Source: an uncultured virus (IMG/VR IMGVR_UViG_3300025648_000526) | Lineage: Duplodnaviria > Heunggongvirae > Uroviricota > Caudoviricetes | Virus record (IMG/VR): IMGVR_UViG_3300025648_000526 | Span: 1-64,000 of that record | DNA: 64,000 bases | Direction: 5' to 3' (one strand) | Shown: in pieces, positions 48,370 through 58,782 of the stretch | Position numbering within the stretch: position 1 is the first letter of the stretch | Layout of the letters: each line of letters opens with the position of its first letter | Translations under genes and position numbers: made by a program | The notes under the pieces: generated by a model | The model's input: only the letters and a program-made list of their open reading frames with translations | The model's database searches: none | What the model was told of the DNA's origin: nothing

Positions 48370-49739
48370 AGTTAGTTATATTTGACCTTGATGGTGTTTT
48401 AATGGACAGTAGAGAGCTACATTATGAAGCTCTCAATCGTGCTATACATACAGTAACCGATTCATACAACTATATTATTACCCGTGAAGAACATTTATCA
48501 AAATATGACGGACTAAACACTACAAAAAAATTACAGATGCTTACTCAAGAAAAAGGTTTGCATATTGATTGGTATGATGAAATTTGGAAAGAAAAACAAA
48601 AACAAACATTTGATTTAATTCATACAGCACCAAAGAATCCTGATATTCTTAAAATAATGCATAATCTGAATTCTAAAGGATGGAAGATTGCAGTAGCGTC
48701 CAACAGTATTCGTGAAACAGTAAAGACATCTTTATTATGTATGGATATTTTAAATTATGTTGATTATTATGTAAGCAACGAAGATGTGTTTAATCCAAAA
48801 CCATTTCCTGAAATGTATTGGAAATGTATGACAATGATGAAAGCTCTACCTAAAGATACTATCATTGTGGAAGATTCACATATTGGCCGTGAAGGCGCAT
48901 TTAACTCTGGTGCACATTTGTATCCAGTAAAAGATGCTTATGATTTGAATGTGGAAGATTTTTTAAGCTATATTGAAGAATTTGAAGATAGTGGTCGTAT
49001 AAAATCCATACCTTGGAGAAATAAGAAGATGAATGTATTGATTCCTATGGCAGGTGCCGGTAGTAGATTTGCTTCAGCAGGTTATACTTTCCCTAAACCA
49101 TTGATTGAAGTCAAAGGTAAACCAATGATTCAAGTTGTAGTGGATAATCTAAATGTAGATGCACATTTTATTTTTATTTGCCAAAAAGAACATTACGAGA
49201 AATATAATTTACAATCAGTTTTAAATTTGATTGCGCCCGGTTGTGATATTATACAAGTTGATGGTTTGACCGAAGGCGCTGCATGTACCACGTTACTAGC
49301 TAAAGAATTAATTAATAGTGACGAACCTCTATTGATGGCAAACTCTGACCAGTTTGTTGAATGGAATTCAAATGAATGTTTATATGCCTTTACTGCTGAT
49401 TCTATCGATGGAGGCATTATTACTTTTGAAGCCACTCATCCTAAATGGTCTTATGCTAAGTTAGGTGAAGATGGTTTTGTATCTGAAGTTGCAGAGAAGA
49501 AACCTATTTCTAATATGGCAACAGTTGGTATCTATTATTGGAAAAAAGGTTCTGACTATGTTAAGTATGCAGAACAGATGATTGAAAAGAATATTCGCAC
49601 TAATAATGAATTTTATGTTTGTCCTGTATTCAATGAAGCTATTGGTGATGGCAAAAAGATTCGTGTTAAAAATATTAAGAAAATGTGGGGTATTGGTACT
49701 CCAGAAGATTTAAATTACTTTTTGGAGCATTACAAATGA
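48360..49739 (+). CDS. HAD phosphatase fused to a sugar nucleotidyltransferase-like domain
   Basis: FDLDGVL, KPFP and VEDS HAD motifs; IPMAGAGSRF...PKPLI and GIGTPEDL NTP-transferase motifs. Confidence 0.88.
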   Translation: MAVKLVIFDLDGVLMDSRELHYEALNRAIHTVTDSYNYIITREEHLSKYDGLNTTKKLQMLTQEKGLHIDWYDEIWKEKQKQTFDLIHTAPKNPDILKIMHNLNSKGWKIAVASNSIRETVKTSLLCMDILNYVDYYVSNEDVFNPKPFPEMYWKCMTMMKALPKDTIIVEDSHIGREGAFNSGAHLYPVKDAYDLNVEDFLSYIEEFEDSGRIKSIPWRNKKMNVLIPMAGAGSRFASAGYTFPKPLIEVKGKPMIQVVVDNLNVDAHFIFICQKEHYEKYNLQSVLNLIAPGCDIIQVDGLTEGAACTTLLAKELINSDEPLLMANSDQFVEWNSNECLYAFTADSIDGGIITFEATHPKWSYAKLGEDGFVSEVAEKKPISNMATVGIYYWKKGSDYVKYAEQMIEKNIRTNNEFYVCPVFNEAIGDGKKIRVKNIKKMWGIGTPEDLNYFLEHYK

Positions 49740-50449
49740 AAACAGCGGTAATGATTGTTGGAAATTATAGAACTTGGAACGAAACAAAGCCAAGTTTTCT
49801 AAAACAATTTGGAGATATTGATACATTTATTTGTTCATACGATTTACGATATGGATATCATCCTAGAGGATGGGGTGTGACTGATACACAAGATGAACTT
49901 ATTACCGAACAGACATGGATTGAAGGATTATCTGACGTAAATGTTAAATTGGCAAACATTGAACAATTTTCTCAAGTAGACGAAATAATTAAGAATGAAC
50001 TGCGAGAAATTAAATTGAACATACCAGAAAATGCTTATCAGTCGTATGGTCAATATCGTAAGTTTAAAATTGCAACAGAAATGGTTCAACATTACGAGAA
50101 CCAAAACAATTTTAAGTATGATATTTTAGTCCGCACTCGATTTGATTTGGTGTATCAAGACGAACCTATTATATTAGATATTCAAGAAAATGAAATGGGT
50201 TATCATCACGGTACTAGCCCAGCTGATGCTTTACCTGGTGACCAATTCTTTTTCACTTCAAGAGATAACATGATTAAGATGTCCGATTTTATGTTTAATG
50301 AGTTTTATAATCCTATCTACGAAGATAGTCATCTATGTCCTCCACATGGCATATTACAAAACGCACTTAAACATAATAATATAACCAAATTGGTCCGTAA
50401 TTCAATTAAACATCTATTAAGAAAGAATGGAACAGAACTAGTGCTATGA
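49736..50449 (+). CDS. Glycan-biosynthesis-associated hypothetical protein
   Basis: AVMIVGNYRT, YDILVRTRFD and DQFF motifs. Confidence 0.55.
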   Translation: MKTAVMIVGNYRTWNETKPSFLKQFGDIDTFICSYDLRYGYHPRGWGVTDTQDELITEQTWIEGLSDVNVKLANIEQFSQVDEIIKNELREIKLNIPENAYQSYGQYRKFKIATEMVQHYENQNNFKYDILVRTRFDLVYQDEPIILDIQENEMGYHHGTSPADALPGDQFFFTSRDNMIKMSDFMFNEFYNPIYEDSHLCPPHGILQNALKHNNITKLVRNSIKHLLRKNGTELVL

Positions 50450-51147
50450 CAAATCTATACAACGACAATTCCGATATCCAAAAAAATCAAAATATGTATG
50501 ACAGTTACAATAACTTTATGTTTAGTAATGATAGAGTTGTGTTTAATAAGTTATACAGTAAAATGTATTTCTATGAAATGACAAAACATCTACCTGGCGA
50601 TATTGTTGAGTGTGGAGTTTTCAAAGGTTCAGGAATCTTGGCATGGTTAAAAATATTGGCCATGAACGAACCTAATAGTATCAAGAAAGTAATGGGTTAT
50701 GATTTTTTTGATCCAAGTTTTGTTGATGATATGAAAACTGGTGTAGATAAAGATACAATGAAGCAAGTTTTTACAAGAGATAAAAATTTAATTGTAGATG
50801 ATGTTTCGTATGAAGGAATTCAAAATAAAATTATTAATGCTGGTTTTGATTCATCAAAGTTTGAGTTGATTAAAGGTGATATCATTGAAACCTCACAAAA
50901 TACAGTAGAAGAAAAACCAGGTTTAAGAATCAGTATATTGTATTTGGATATGGACCTAGATAAACCAACATATGCAGCACTCAAAACATTTTGGAATAAT
51001 ATTGTAACTGGCGGAGTAATTGTATTTGATGAATATGCTTATCATAGTTGGAGTGAATCGAATGGTGCAGATGATTTTATTAAAGAAATGGGTCTAACAT
51101 TACATACAACCGGTATTAAAGCGCCAACCGCTTATATTATAAAATGA
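50446..51147 (+). CDS. TylF/MycF-family methyltransferase
   Basis: GDIVECGVFKG, G.D.F, LIKGD, LDMD and GGVIVFDEY motifs. Confidence 0.85.
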   Translation: MTNLYNDNSDIQKNQNMYDSYNNFMFSNDRVVFNKLYSKMYFYEMTKHLPGDIVECGVFKGSGILAWLKILAMNEPNSIKKVMGYDFFDPSFVDDMKTGVDKDTMKQVFTRDKNLIVDDVSYEGIQNKIINAGFDSSKFELIKGDIIETSQNTVEEKPGLRISILYLDMDLDKPTYAALKTFWNNIVTGGVIVFDEYAYHSWSESNGADDFIKEMGLTLHTTGIKAPTAYIIK

Positions 51148-51614
51148 AATATATTGCACATCGTGGTCTTTTTGATGGTCCAGATAAAGATAAAGAAAAT
51201 AGTCCTACTCAAATCAATCAAGCTTTAATTAAAGGATTTGATGTTGAAGTTGATGTTTGGTTTGTAGATAATCAATGGTATCTTGGCCATGATAGTCCAA
51301 CATACAAAGTTGAATATAGTTTTTTAGAAGATTCTAGATTTTGGATTCACGCAAAAAATTTAGATGCTCTATATGTATTGGGTGCCGATTCAAAATTAAA
51401 TTTCTTTTGGCATCAAGAAGATAACTTCACTTTAACTTCTAAAGGTTATATTTGGACTTATCCAGATAAACCATTAACCAAGAATAGTATTTGTGTTTTA
51501 CCTGAATGGAACAATGATATCTCTAAAGGATATAATCCTGATTGTTATGGAATTTGTTCGGATTTTGTATCTATTATTACCAAAACTCAATTTTCCGATA
51601 TCTATATATCATAG
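51144..51614 (+). CDS. Glycerophosphodiester phosphodiesterase-like protein
   Basis: IAHRG, EN, DVEVDV, LGHD, WIHAKN and GICSD motifs. Confidence 0.8.
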   Translation: MKYIAHRGLFDGPDKDKENSPTQINQALIKGFDVEVDVWFVDNQWYLGHDSPTYKVEYSFLEDSRFWIHAKNLDALYVLGADSKLNFFWHQEDNFTLTSKGYIWTYPDKPLTKNSICVLPEWNNDISKGYNPDCYGICSDFVSIITKTQFSDIYIS

Positions 51615-51655
51615 CCAACAATTCTAGCGTTCCAAAAGCAAAAGCATCAAAGTTG

Positions 51656-51663
51656 TATAAATA
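51656..51663 (+). promoter_or_regulatory. T4-type late promoter TATAAATA
   Basis: Exact consensus in an intergenic gap upstream of the putative internal-protein cluster. Confidence 0.8.
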
Positions 51664-51710
51664 GGTAATCGTTACAGGCAACCATAGTGTGTTGCAGTCA
51701 GAAAGATTTA

Positions 51711-52892
51711 ATGATAACATTCAAGACGTTTTTAAAAGAAGAATACGAGCCATCACCAGAAGGCAAACTTAAGCACATTCATCATGCTGAAGACAGGCCT
51801 TTATTACATGGTGGCAAAGGTTTTACTCACGCCTTCAATGCATTAAATCAAGCGCACGAACACATAAAATCTGGCGGTCACAGTTCAGCATTAACAATGA
51901 AATATGATGGTTCGCCTGCTGTTGTTTTTGGTCATCATCCAGAAACAGGTAAATTCTTTGTAGCATCCAAATCAGCATTCAATAAAAATCCAAAGTTGAA
52001 TTATACCCATAAGGATATAGAAAAGAATCACGGCCATGCGCCTGGTCTTATGGACAAACTCCATGACGCTTTAAATCATCTCAAAAAAGTATCACCTAAA
52101 ACAGGCGTTTATCAAGGTGATATGATGTTTGGTTCAACTGATAAAAAAGAAACTAAAAACGGTGTTTCTTTCACTCCTAATACCATTACATATACAGGAA
52201 AAGGTGAAGAAGCAAATAAGATTAGAAAATCTAAAATGGGTGTTATTGTTCACACACAATATCATGGTGACAATATTGCTTCAATGAAAGCAGACCCACA
52301 TCCAGATTTACATAACTTCGCACAACATCCAGATGTATGGCACAAATCAGCCAATCACGATACTAAACAAGTCCATTATTCAGAAAATGACCAAAAAGAA
52401 TTTAATTCTCATATGGCCGCAGCAAAAGCAATACATGATGAACATAAATCAACAATGTATAAAGCTACACAACCACATCAAGGAGATGCTGGGCATTTAG
52501 CAACATATATAAATCATACAGTCAGAACAGGTGAAACTCCATCTGCTGAAGGACTTAAAAAGCATATAGCTAGTAAGTATAAAAAAGAGATTGATAAGTT
52601 AAAAACACCAGCAGCACAATCTCGTAAAGCAAGTGAAGCTAATAAGCATGCAGACCATATAGATAACAATAAAGAACACTATAATAATTTGTTGAAAATG
52701 CATCATCATTTACAGCAAGCAAAAGATATATTAGTTAATAATTTAAACCAACATGAGGGCGGTTTAGAACACCATATTGGTAAAAAGAGAACAAATCCAG
52801 AAGGGTTTGTTATCAATCATGCTGGTGAACCAACAAAATTAGTTAATAGAGCAGAATTTAGTAAAGCCAACCTTTTAAAAGTGAGAAAATGA
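51711..52892 (+). CDS. DUF6267-like protein with ligase-type nucleotidyltransferase motifs
   Basis: TMKYDGSPA (KxDG), YQGD, PEGFV and KLVNRAEFS motifs; N-terminus MITFKTFLKEE. Confidence 0.65.
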   Translation: MITFKTFLKEEYEPSPEGKLKHIHHAEDRPLLHGGKGFTHAFNALNQAHEHIKSGGHSSALTMKYDGSPAVVFGHHPETGKFFVASKSAFNKNPKLNYTHKDIEKNHGHAPGLMDKLHDALNHLKKVSPKTGVYQGDMMFGSTDKKETKNGVSFTPNTITYTGKGEEANKIRKSKMGVIVHTQYHGDNIASMKADPHPDLHNFAQHPDVWHKSANHDTKQVHYSENDQKEFNSHMAAAKAIHDEHKSTMYKATQPHQGDAGHLATYINHTVRTGETPSAEGLKKHIASKYKKEIDKLKTPAAQSRKASEANKHADHIDNNKEHYNNLLKMHHHLQQAKDILVNNLNQHEGGLEHHIGKKRTNPEGFVINHAGEPTKLVNRAEFSKANLLKVRK

Positions 52893-54805
52893 AGACCTTT
52901 TTAGAATTAGTAGAAGAAAAACAATCGACACATAAACCTGTGGTGGTAGGTTTTGGTCGTATGAATCCTCCTACATCAGGTCATCTAAAACTTATTGATA
53001 AGGTTAGAGAAATAGCAGATAAAAACAAAGCTAAACATAAAGTTATTGTTACTCATACACAAGATTCAAAAAGAAATCCATTATCAGGCCAACAAAAACT
53101 TAAACATTTAAAAAGATATTCACCTGGTACTAATTTTGAAACATCTTCAAAAGACCATCCAACTATATTACATCATGCTGCTAAATTGCATGCTCAAGGA
53201 CACGACCATTTGATTATGGTTGCTGGTTCTGATAGAGTTAAAGAATATCAGGACTTATTACACAAATACAATGGTAAAGAAGGACAACACGGTTACTTCA
53301 ATTTCAAAAAGATAGAAGTTAAGTCAGCAGGCCATCGTGATCCAGATTCGGAAGGTGCAGAAGGTATGTCTGGTACAAAGATGAGAGAACACGCTAAGAA
53401 CAATGATTTCTCATCATTTAGACAAGGTGTTCCATCTCATGTTCCTGACCATCACGCTAGAGAATTAATGAAAGATGTTCGTAGAGGCATGGGTCTTAAT
53501 GAACAATTCGATAGAGGTATGTTTAAAGCAATATTTGTGACTGGTGGTCCAGGTTCAGGTAAAGATATTGTTATTCGTGAAGCTATTGCTGAATCAAAGA
53601 TTACTGAATTAAACTTTACACAAGTGGTAGATATTCTTAACGATAAACAAAAACTTGCTATGAAATCAATGAATCCTAGAAATGAAGCAGTCAGAACAAG
53701 AGGTCCATTAATTATCAACGGTCCAGCTGATGATTTAGAAAAAATCAATCATATCAAAGAAGAATTAGAAGAACTTGGTTACGAAACCATGATGATTTTT
53801 GTCAATACAACTAACGAAGTATCTAAAGAAAGAAATACTTTACTATCCAGAATGATGGTTGAATCTATTAGACAGGATAAGTGGAGTAAATCTCAAGAAA
53901 ATACTAAATATTTCATTGAGGCATTTAACAACTTTGTTGCCTTTGATAATACAGGTTATATTGATACAAAAGAAGAAGATATCAATGACATCTATCAATC
54001 AACAAAGATATTTTTAGATGCTAAGGCGATAAACGAAACAGTTGATGATTGGTATTTGAGAAACATTAACTTGAATGAAAAAGTTAATGAATTATTCAAT
54101 GAAAAAGATGCCAAAGGTATTCAACTTAAAACTGTAGGTAAATATAATGCTTTCTATAAAGCAAAAGGTCCTGCAGATATTAAAAGAGATAATCGCACAA
54201 GTAGATTTAGTGTTACAAGTGACAATACACTAAAAGGTGACCAAATTAAAGGTAATGTATTACCTAGAAAAGACCCAAACGGTCAAGGTCATTCGGGTGG
54301 TTCTTGGTCTGGTGCTTATAATGAAGCAGCACCAACATTAACTTGGAATAAACCACCAAAAGAACCAAACTTTAATTATGACAATGATAAGAACAAGAAG
54401 TTAAAAAGAGGTAATAGTTCATTAAGTGCTGGTCGAGTGACTCAACCACCAGGCTTAGGAAGAACATACGATACAAGAGCAGGTGGTCAAGGTGCCGCAG
54501 CAGGTGCCGGACTTGGCGACCAAACATATAGCGAAGATAGAGAATATAGTAACGCAAGTCAGAACGGTACAGCAATGCTAGGTGCTAAATTAGAACCTAA
54601 TCCATTAGCAGAAAAGAAACCGTTTAATAAATTTAGAAAAAGCATTAAAGAGTTTAATGGCTTTCAAAATGATGTAGAATCTGGTGTTGGTGGTGTCTTG
54701 GGCGGTTCAGACAATAAAGAACGTATGGACAGTTATAAAGACCCTATTAGACATATACAAAATGACTATTCATTAAAGAAGAAGAAGAAAAATGCTAAAA
54801 TTTAA
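52889..54805 (+). CDS. Cytidylyltransferase-like (HxGH) plus P-loop kinase fusion with disordered tail
   Basis: FGRMNPPTSGH, AGSDR and MSGTKMR; second domain FVTGGPGSGKD...IINGP; N-terminus MKTFLELVEE. Confidence 0.75.
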   Translation: MKTFLELVEEKQSTHKPVVVGFGRMNPPTSGHLKLIDKVREIADKNKAKHKVIVTHTQDSKRNPLSGQQKLKHLKRYSPGTNFETSSKDHPTILHHAAKLHAQGHDHLIMVAGSDRVKEYQDLLHKYNGKEGQHGYFNFKKIEVKSAGHRDPDSEGAEGMSGTKMREHAKNNDFSSFRQGVPSHVPDHHARELMKDVRRGMGLNEQFDRGMFKAIFVTGGPGSGKDIVIREAIAESKITELNFTQVVDILNDKQKLAMKSMNPRNEAVRTRGPLIINGPADDLEKINHIKEELEELGYETMMIFVNTTNEVSKERNTLLSRMMVESIRQDKWSKSQENTKYFIEAFNNFVAFDNTGYIDTKEEDINDIYQSTKIFLDAKAINETVDDWYLRNINLNEKVNELFNEKDAKGIQLKTVGKYNAFYKAKGPADIKRDNRTSRFSVTSDNTLKGDQIKGNVLPRKDPNGQGHSGGSWSGAYNEAAPTLTWNKPPKEPNFNYDNDKNKKLKRGNSSLSAGRVTQPPGLGRTYDTRAGGQGAAAGAGLGDQTYSEDREYSNASQNGTAMLGAKLEPNPLAEKKPFNKFRKSIKEFNGFQNDVESGVGGVLGGSDNKERMDSYKDPIRHIQNDYSLKKKKKNAKI

Positions 54806-55487
54806 ACAATATCTTGACGAAGTTAAGAAACCTACAGGTGCCTTAAAAAAGGCTTGTTGGAAAGGTTATACAGCAATTGGTACTAAACAAAAGAATGGTA
54901 GAACAGTACCAAACTGTGTACCTGAAGAAGTAGAACAAGTAAATGAAATAGACAAAGAAACAGTTAAGAGATATTTGGATAAAGTTACAACAGACCAATT
55001 AAAAAAGACTGGCTATCAACCTGATATGTATGGTAAATTAGTACCAAAAAGACAAAAAGGTGTTGATAACGCATTTAAGAGATTACAAGTTAAGCCTACA
55101 ACAGAAGAACTTGAAGAATTGTTTGATATTTTAGAAGAAGTAGTTGATGGCATCGCAGAAGAAAGTAATATTGATCCAGATATTCTTTGGGAAAATCTTG
55201 AAGATGTTTCAGATGAAGAACTATACGAAACTGCCGCTTGGCGCAGAAAAGAAGGTAAAAGTCCTACAGGTGGTTTAAATGCAAAAGGAATTGCTTCTTA
55301 TCGTAGAGAGAATCCAGGATCTAAATTAAAAAAGGCCGTTACAGGCAAAGTAAAACCAGGAAGTAAAGCCGCTAAACGCAGAAAATCATTCTGTGCTAGA
55401 ATGGGTGGAATGCCTGGACCAATGAAAAAACCAGATGGTAAACCAACAAGAAAAGCACTCGCATTACGCAAGTGGAAATGCAGATAA
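54792..55487 (+). CDS. Modular basic protein (DUF6321-like C-terminus), probable internal head protein
   Basis: CWKGY...VPNCVP; GGLNAKG...RRKSFCARM...LRKWKC; N-terminus MLKFKQYLDE. Confidence 0.6.
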   Translation: MLKFKQYLDEVKKPTGALKKACWKGYTAIGTKQKNGRTVPNCVPEEVEQVNEIDKETVKRYLDKVTTDQLKKTGYQPDMYGKLVPKRQKGVDNAFKRLQVKPTTEELEELFDILEEVVDGIAEESNIDPDILWENLEDVSDEELYETAAWRRKEGKSPTGGLNAKGIASYRRENPGSKLKKAVTGKVKPGSKAAKRRKSFCARMGGMPGPMKKPDGKPTRKALALRKWKCR

Positions 55488-55500
55488 AGGAGAAATAAAA

Positions 55501-57522
55501 ATGTTTCAAAAAGATAAAGTAACCCAATCAATGATTGATGCCGTTAACCAAGTATTAGGAGAGGCTAAAGTTGAACCAGCTAAACCTGATCCAGAGGCTA
55601 TTGCTCGTAAAAAGAAACTAGACGCATTACGAGATAAACAAGATGCTGAAAAGGCAGAAAAAGGACATTCTCCATCTGCTACCCGTAAGGTTGCTGGTCA
55701 TGCTTACGGTGGTGCTAAACAAAAAGATGATGAAATGGATGAAGAAGTTAAATTAGATGAAGCTGAAATGGATGAATCTGGCTTACGCATGGCTGCACAT
55801 GCTGCTCACAAAGCAGGCCAATCACATTTTGAATTCAAAGGCAAAAAATATCCAGTTAAGGTTACAGAAGATGGTAAAGTTGATTGTGACTATGCTAAAG
55901 TTAAAGATATTGCTAGAAAAGAAGTTAAGGGTCATGAAAAATCAATGCATAAAGAAGAATTATCTTTTGCTAAGAAATTAAAATCAATGTTAGAAGCAAA
56001 AGGTCCTTTAGCAGGTGCTCCTGACGTATTCACCGATAACAATCTTGGTGAAGAAGAAATGTCTGATGCTCAAATGAAGAAAAGAGAAAAAATTGTAATG
56101 AGCATGAAAGATAAAACTGCTCAGTTTAAAGCAAAGTATGGTAAAAATTGGAAAAATGTAATGTATGCTACTGCTACTAAGCAAGCGATGAAAGAAGATG
56201 CAGACATTACTAAACCTAATACAGAAAATAAAGGTGAAACAAAAGAAAGACAAAAGATTACTACTAATCCAGGTCCTGTAGATATCAAAACAGATGACAA
56301 ATTAGGTAAACCTACTCCACAAGCTTATTTCACATCTAAAGAATTAGAGCAAGTAACACAAGAAGAAGTTATGGGTGAATTAAAACATTTACGCCATAAA
56401 GAAAAAGGAGAGCATAAAAAGAGAGTGTCTGATTTTAAAAAACATCACGACAAACATCAAGTAGATGATGGATGTGACCATTATCAAGAAGATATTGAAT
56501 TTGATTTAATCGATGAAGGTAAAGATGATGGTGATTATACTCATGTTGCTCACTACGAAGACAATGATGGTAACTGGATGGCTAAATTATTAATCGATGC
56601 TGAACATGACGGTCATGCTATTGAAACAGCAAACAAAGCTATGGGTAAAGGTCCATTTGCTGGTTTAAGAGTTCGTAAGATTGAACGAGTAATGAAAGTT
56701 CATGACGGTAGAATGCAAGAAGAAGTAGAACAACTTGATGAGTTGGATCCAAAAACTTTAGCATCATATGCTAAGAAAGCCTCTCATGATGCTCGTATTA
56801 AACAAACAGTAGCTAGAGATTTTCTTGCTAAATCTAATACAGCTAGAAGTCCAAGAAAAAAAGAAACATGGTCTAGTCTTTCTAAAAAGTACCAAAGTGG
56901 TGCATGGAAAAGAGAAAAAGGCCATGATTTAGCTATTGATAAGTTAGCTAAAGAAGATGTAGAATATATTGATGAAGGCAAGATGAAAGATATCTACACT
57001 TCAATGATGATGCATGCTGATAAAAAAGGTTATAAGAGCCATAAAGAATTTACACCAGCTGATTATACTGCTGTAGGTAAAGAACATGGTATTTCAGGTA
57101 AAGATTTAGCAGTAATTGCTGGTCATAAAACAGCATCACAAGTTGCTAAAGAAGAAACTGAAGTTGAAATCAATGAAGGCAAAATGAAAGATATCTACAC
57201 TTCAATGATGAACCATGCTGATAAAAAAGGATACAAAAGTCATAAAGAATTTACTTCAGCAGACTACAATGCAGTAGGCAAAGAACATGGCATTTCAGGT
57301 AAAGATTTAGCAGTTATTGCTGGTCATAAAACAGCATCACAAGTTGCTAAAGAAGAAGCAGAAGGTTCATGGCAAAAAGAATCACCATGGAAAAAATCAC
57401 CTGGTACTGTAACAGATAAGTCTGGTGCTAAACATACACCAATGTCTAGAGTTAAAGATATTGCTAAACAAGCACTAAAAAAAGTAAAACAAGAAACAAT
57501 GATGGGTAAAATTTCTAACTAA
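55501..57522 (+). CDS. Large modular charged protein with internal duplication, probable internal head polyprotein
   Basis: AAGGAG RBS before ATG 55501; many L/I-x-E linkers; 61-aa duplication. Confidence 0.6.
   Translation: MFQKDKVTQSMIDAVNQVLGEAKVEPAKPDPEAIARKKKLDALRDKQDAEKAEKGHSPSATRKVAGHAYGGAKQKDDEMDEEVKLDEAEMDESGLRMAAHAAHKAGQSHFEFKGKKYPVKVTEDGKVDCDYAKVKDIARKEVKGHEKSMHKEELSFAKKLKSMLEAKGPLAGAPDVFTDNNLGEEEMSDAQMKKREKIVMSMKDKTAQFKAKYGKNWKNVMYATATKQAMKEDADITKPNTENKGETKERQKITTNPGPVDIKTDDKLGKPTPQAYFTSKELEQVTQEEVMGELKHLRHKEKGEHKKRVSDFKKHHDKHQVDDGCDHYQEDIEFDLIDEGKDDGDYTHVAHYEDNDGNWMAKLLIDAEHDGHAIETANKAMGKGPFAGLRVRKIERVMKVHDGRMQEEVEQLDELDPKTLASYAKKASHDARIKQTVARDFLAKSNTARSPRKKETWSSLSKKYQSGAWKREKGHDLAIDKLAKEDVEYIDEGKMKDIYTSMMMHADKKGYKSHKEFTPADYTAVGKEHGISGKDLAVIAGHKTASQVAKEETEVEINEGKMKDIYTSMMNHADKKGYKSHKEFTSADYNAVGKEHGISGKDLAVIAGHKTASQVAKEEAEGSWQKESPWKKSPGTVTDKSGAKHTPMSRVKDIAKQALKKVKQETMMGKISN
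56974..57357 (+). repeat. Direct repeat, two copies of 183 nt (56974-57156 and 57175-57357)
   Basis: EGKMKDIYTSMM.HADKKGYKSHKEFT.ADY.AVGKEHGISGKDLAVIAGHKTASQVAKEE twice, period 201 nt. Confidence 0.95.
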
Positions 57523-57532
57523 AGAGAACAAC

Positions 57533-58732
57533 ATGGCTAAAACACTAAAAGATGTAATTAAAAAGAATATTGCACCAGCAAGCAGATTTGGAAAAAATCC
57601 ATCTGATCCTTGGTCAGTAAAATCTAATATCAATGAAACAGCTATGCTAGATAAATTCTTATCATCTAGAGGAATTAATCCTAAATTTGCTGCCGTTGAT
57701 ACAAAAGATGCTTATGCTAAATCTAATGAATTTAAGAAATGGTTAAGAGACCATCAATCAGGCACTCAAATGGAAGATATGACAACTAGCCGATATGCTG
57801 GTGATGCTCGTTCTAAAGATGTTCATTCACCTACAGCACAAAGAGAAAAAGATTTAGAAAAGGTTAGTAAACATCACGAAATTAAACCTGTTCATACAAA
57901 TTCATCAAAGGTTGTTACTATGAAAAAACCAACAAGTGAAGCAGCTCATCCTGATGAAAAGACCACAGATATGCTTCGTGGTCGTGTCAAAGGTGGTAAA
58001 CCAAACGAGTTTAAGAGTTATAAGATTAGAATTTCTAAAGAAGAAGTTGAATACACTACAGAAATAGCAGCTTCAGTAATGGCTTCAAAATTAAATAAAG
58101 ACGCAGATGAAAATCGCACTAGCATTGATGCTGAAGAATTGACTACAGACACTTTAGCTGGTAGAGTTAAAGGCGGTAAAGCTAATGCTGTATTATCATA
58201 TAAAATTAGATTATCTCATGCTAAAGGTGAAGATGCTGATACTTTAGATGTAACAAAAGAACCAGAAGATTCTAGTTTTCCACACAGAGAACAGTTTGAA
58301 ATACAAGAAGACTTAATAGGTGATACAAAATCAGCAACAATTTCACCAGCAGATGGAGCAAACGGTGGCGCAGAATCTGTTACAAAAAAATTATCTAGAA
58401 AAGCTCAATTAATTTTAGGTGTAGTTAAAAAAAGAGCTATGAAAGAAGATATGCATGATTGGGAAAAAGAAGATAAATCTGTAGCATCTTATGGTAAAAA
58501 ACCTAAATTTGAAAAGCAAGAAGATAAGAATGCAGAAAATAATAATGGTGAAAAGAAATCTGAAGCTGCAGGCACATTATCTGGCGGTACTACACTAACA
58601 GGTGAGAAAAGAGATACAGTAGAACTTGATCCATTGATGAGAAGTCGTCCTAATCAACCAGATCCAACAAAGAAGAAAGACGACAAAAAAGATGACAAGA
58701 AAGACAAGCCTAAAGAAGCACCAAGAGGCTAG
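57533..58732 (+). CDS. Charged hypothetical protein with internal repeat
   Basis: TTD.L.GRVKGGK.N...SYKIR.S twice; Lys/Asp-rich tail. Confidence 0.6.
   Translation: MAKTLKDVIKKNIAPASRFGKNPSDPWSVKSNINETAMLDKFLSSRGINPKFAAVDTKDAYAKSNEFKKWLRDHQSGTQMEDMTTSRYAGDARSKDVHSPTAQREKDLEKVSKHHEIKPVHTNSSKVVTMKKPTSEAAHPDEKTTDMLRGRVKGGKPNEFKSYKIRISKEEVEYTTEIAASVMASKLNKDADENRTSIDAEELTTDTLAGRVKGGKANAVLSYKIRLSHAKGEDADTLDVTKEPEDSSFPHREQFEIQEDLIGDTKSATISPADGANGGAESVTKKLSRKAQLILGVVKKRAMKEDMHDWEKEDKSVASYGKKPKFEKQEDKNAENNNGEKKSEAAGTLSGGTTLTGEKRDTVELDPLMRSRPNQPDPTKKKDDKKDDKKDKPKEAPRG
57962..58216 (+). repeat. Diverged direct repeat of about 25 codons (57962-58036 and 58142-58216)
   Basis: TTDMLRGRVKGGKPNEFKSYKIRIS vs TTDTLAGRVKGGKANAVLSYKIRLS, period 180 nt. 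Confidence 0.85.
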
Positions 58733-58782
58733 ATTAGATAAATACTTAACATAACTAACCCGAGGTTAAAAGGAGAAAAGAA

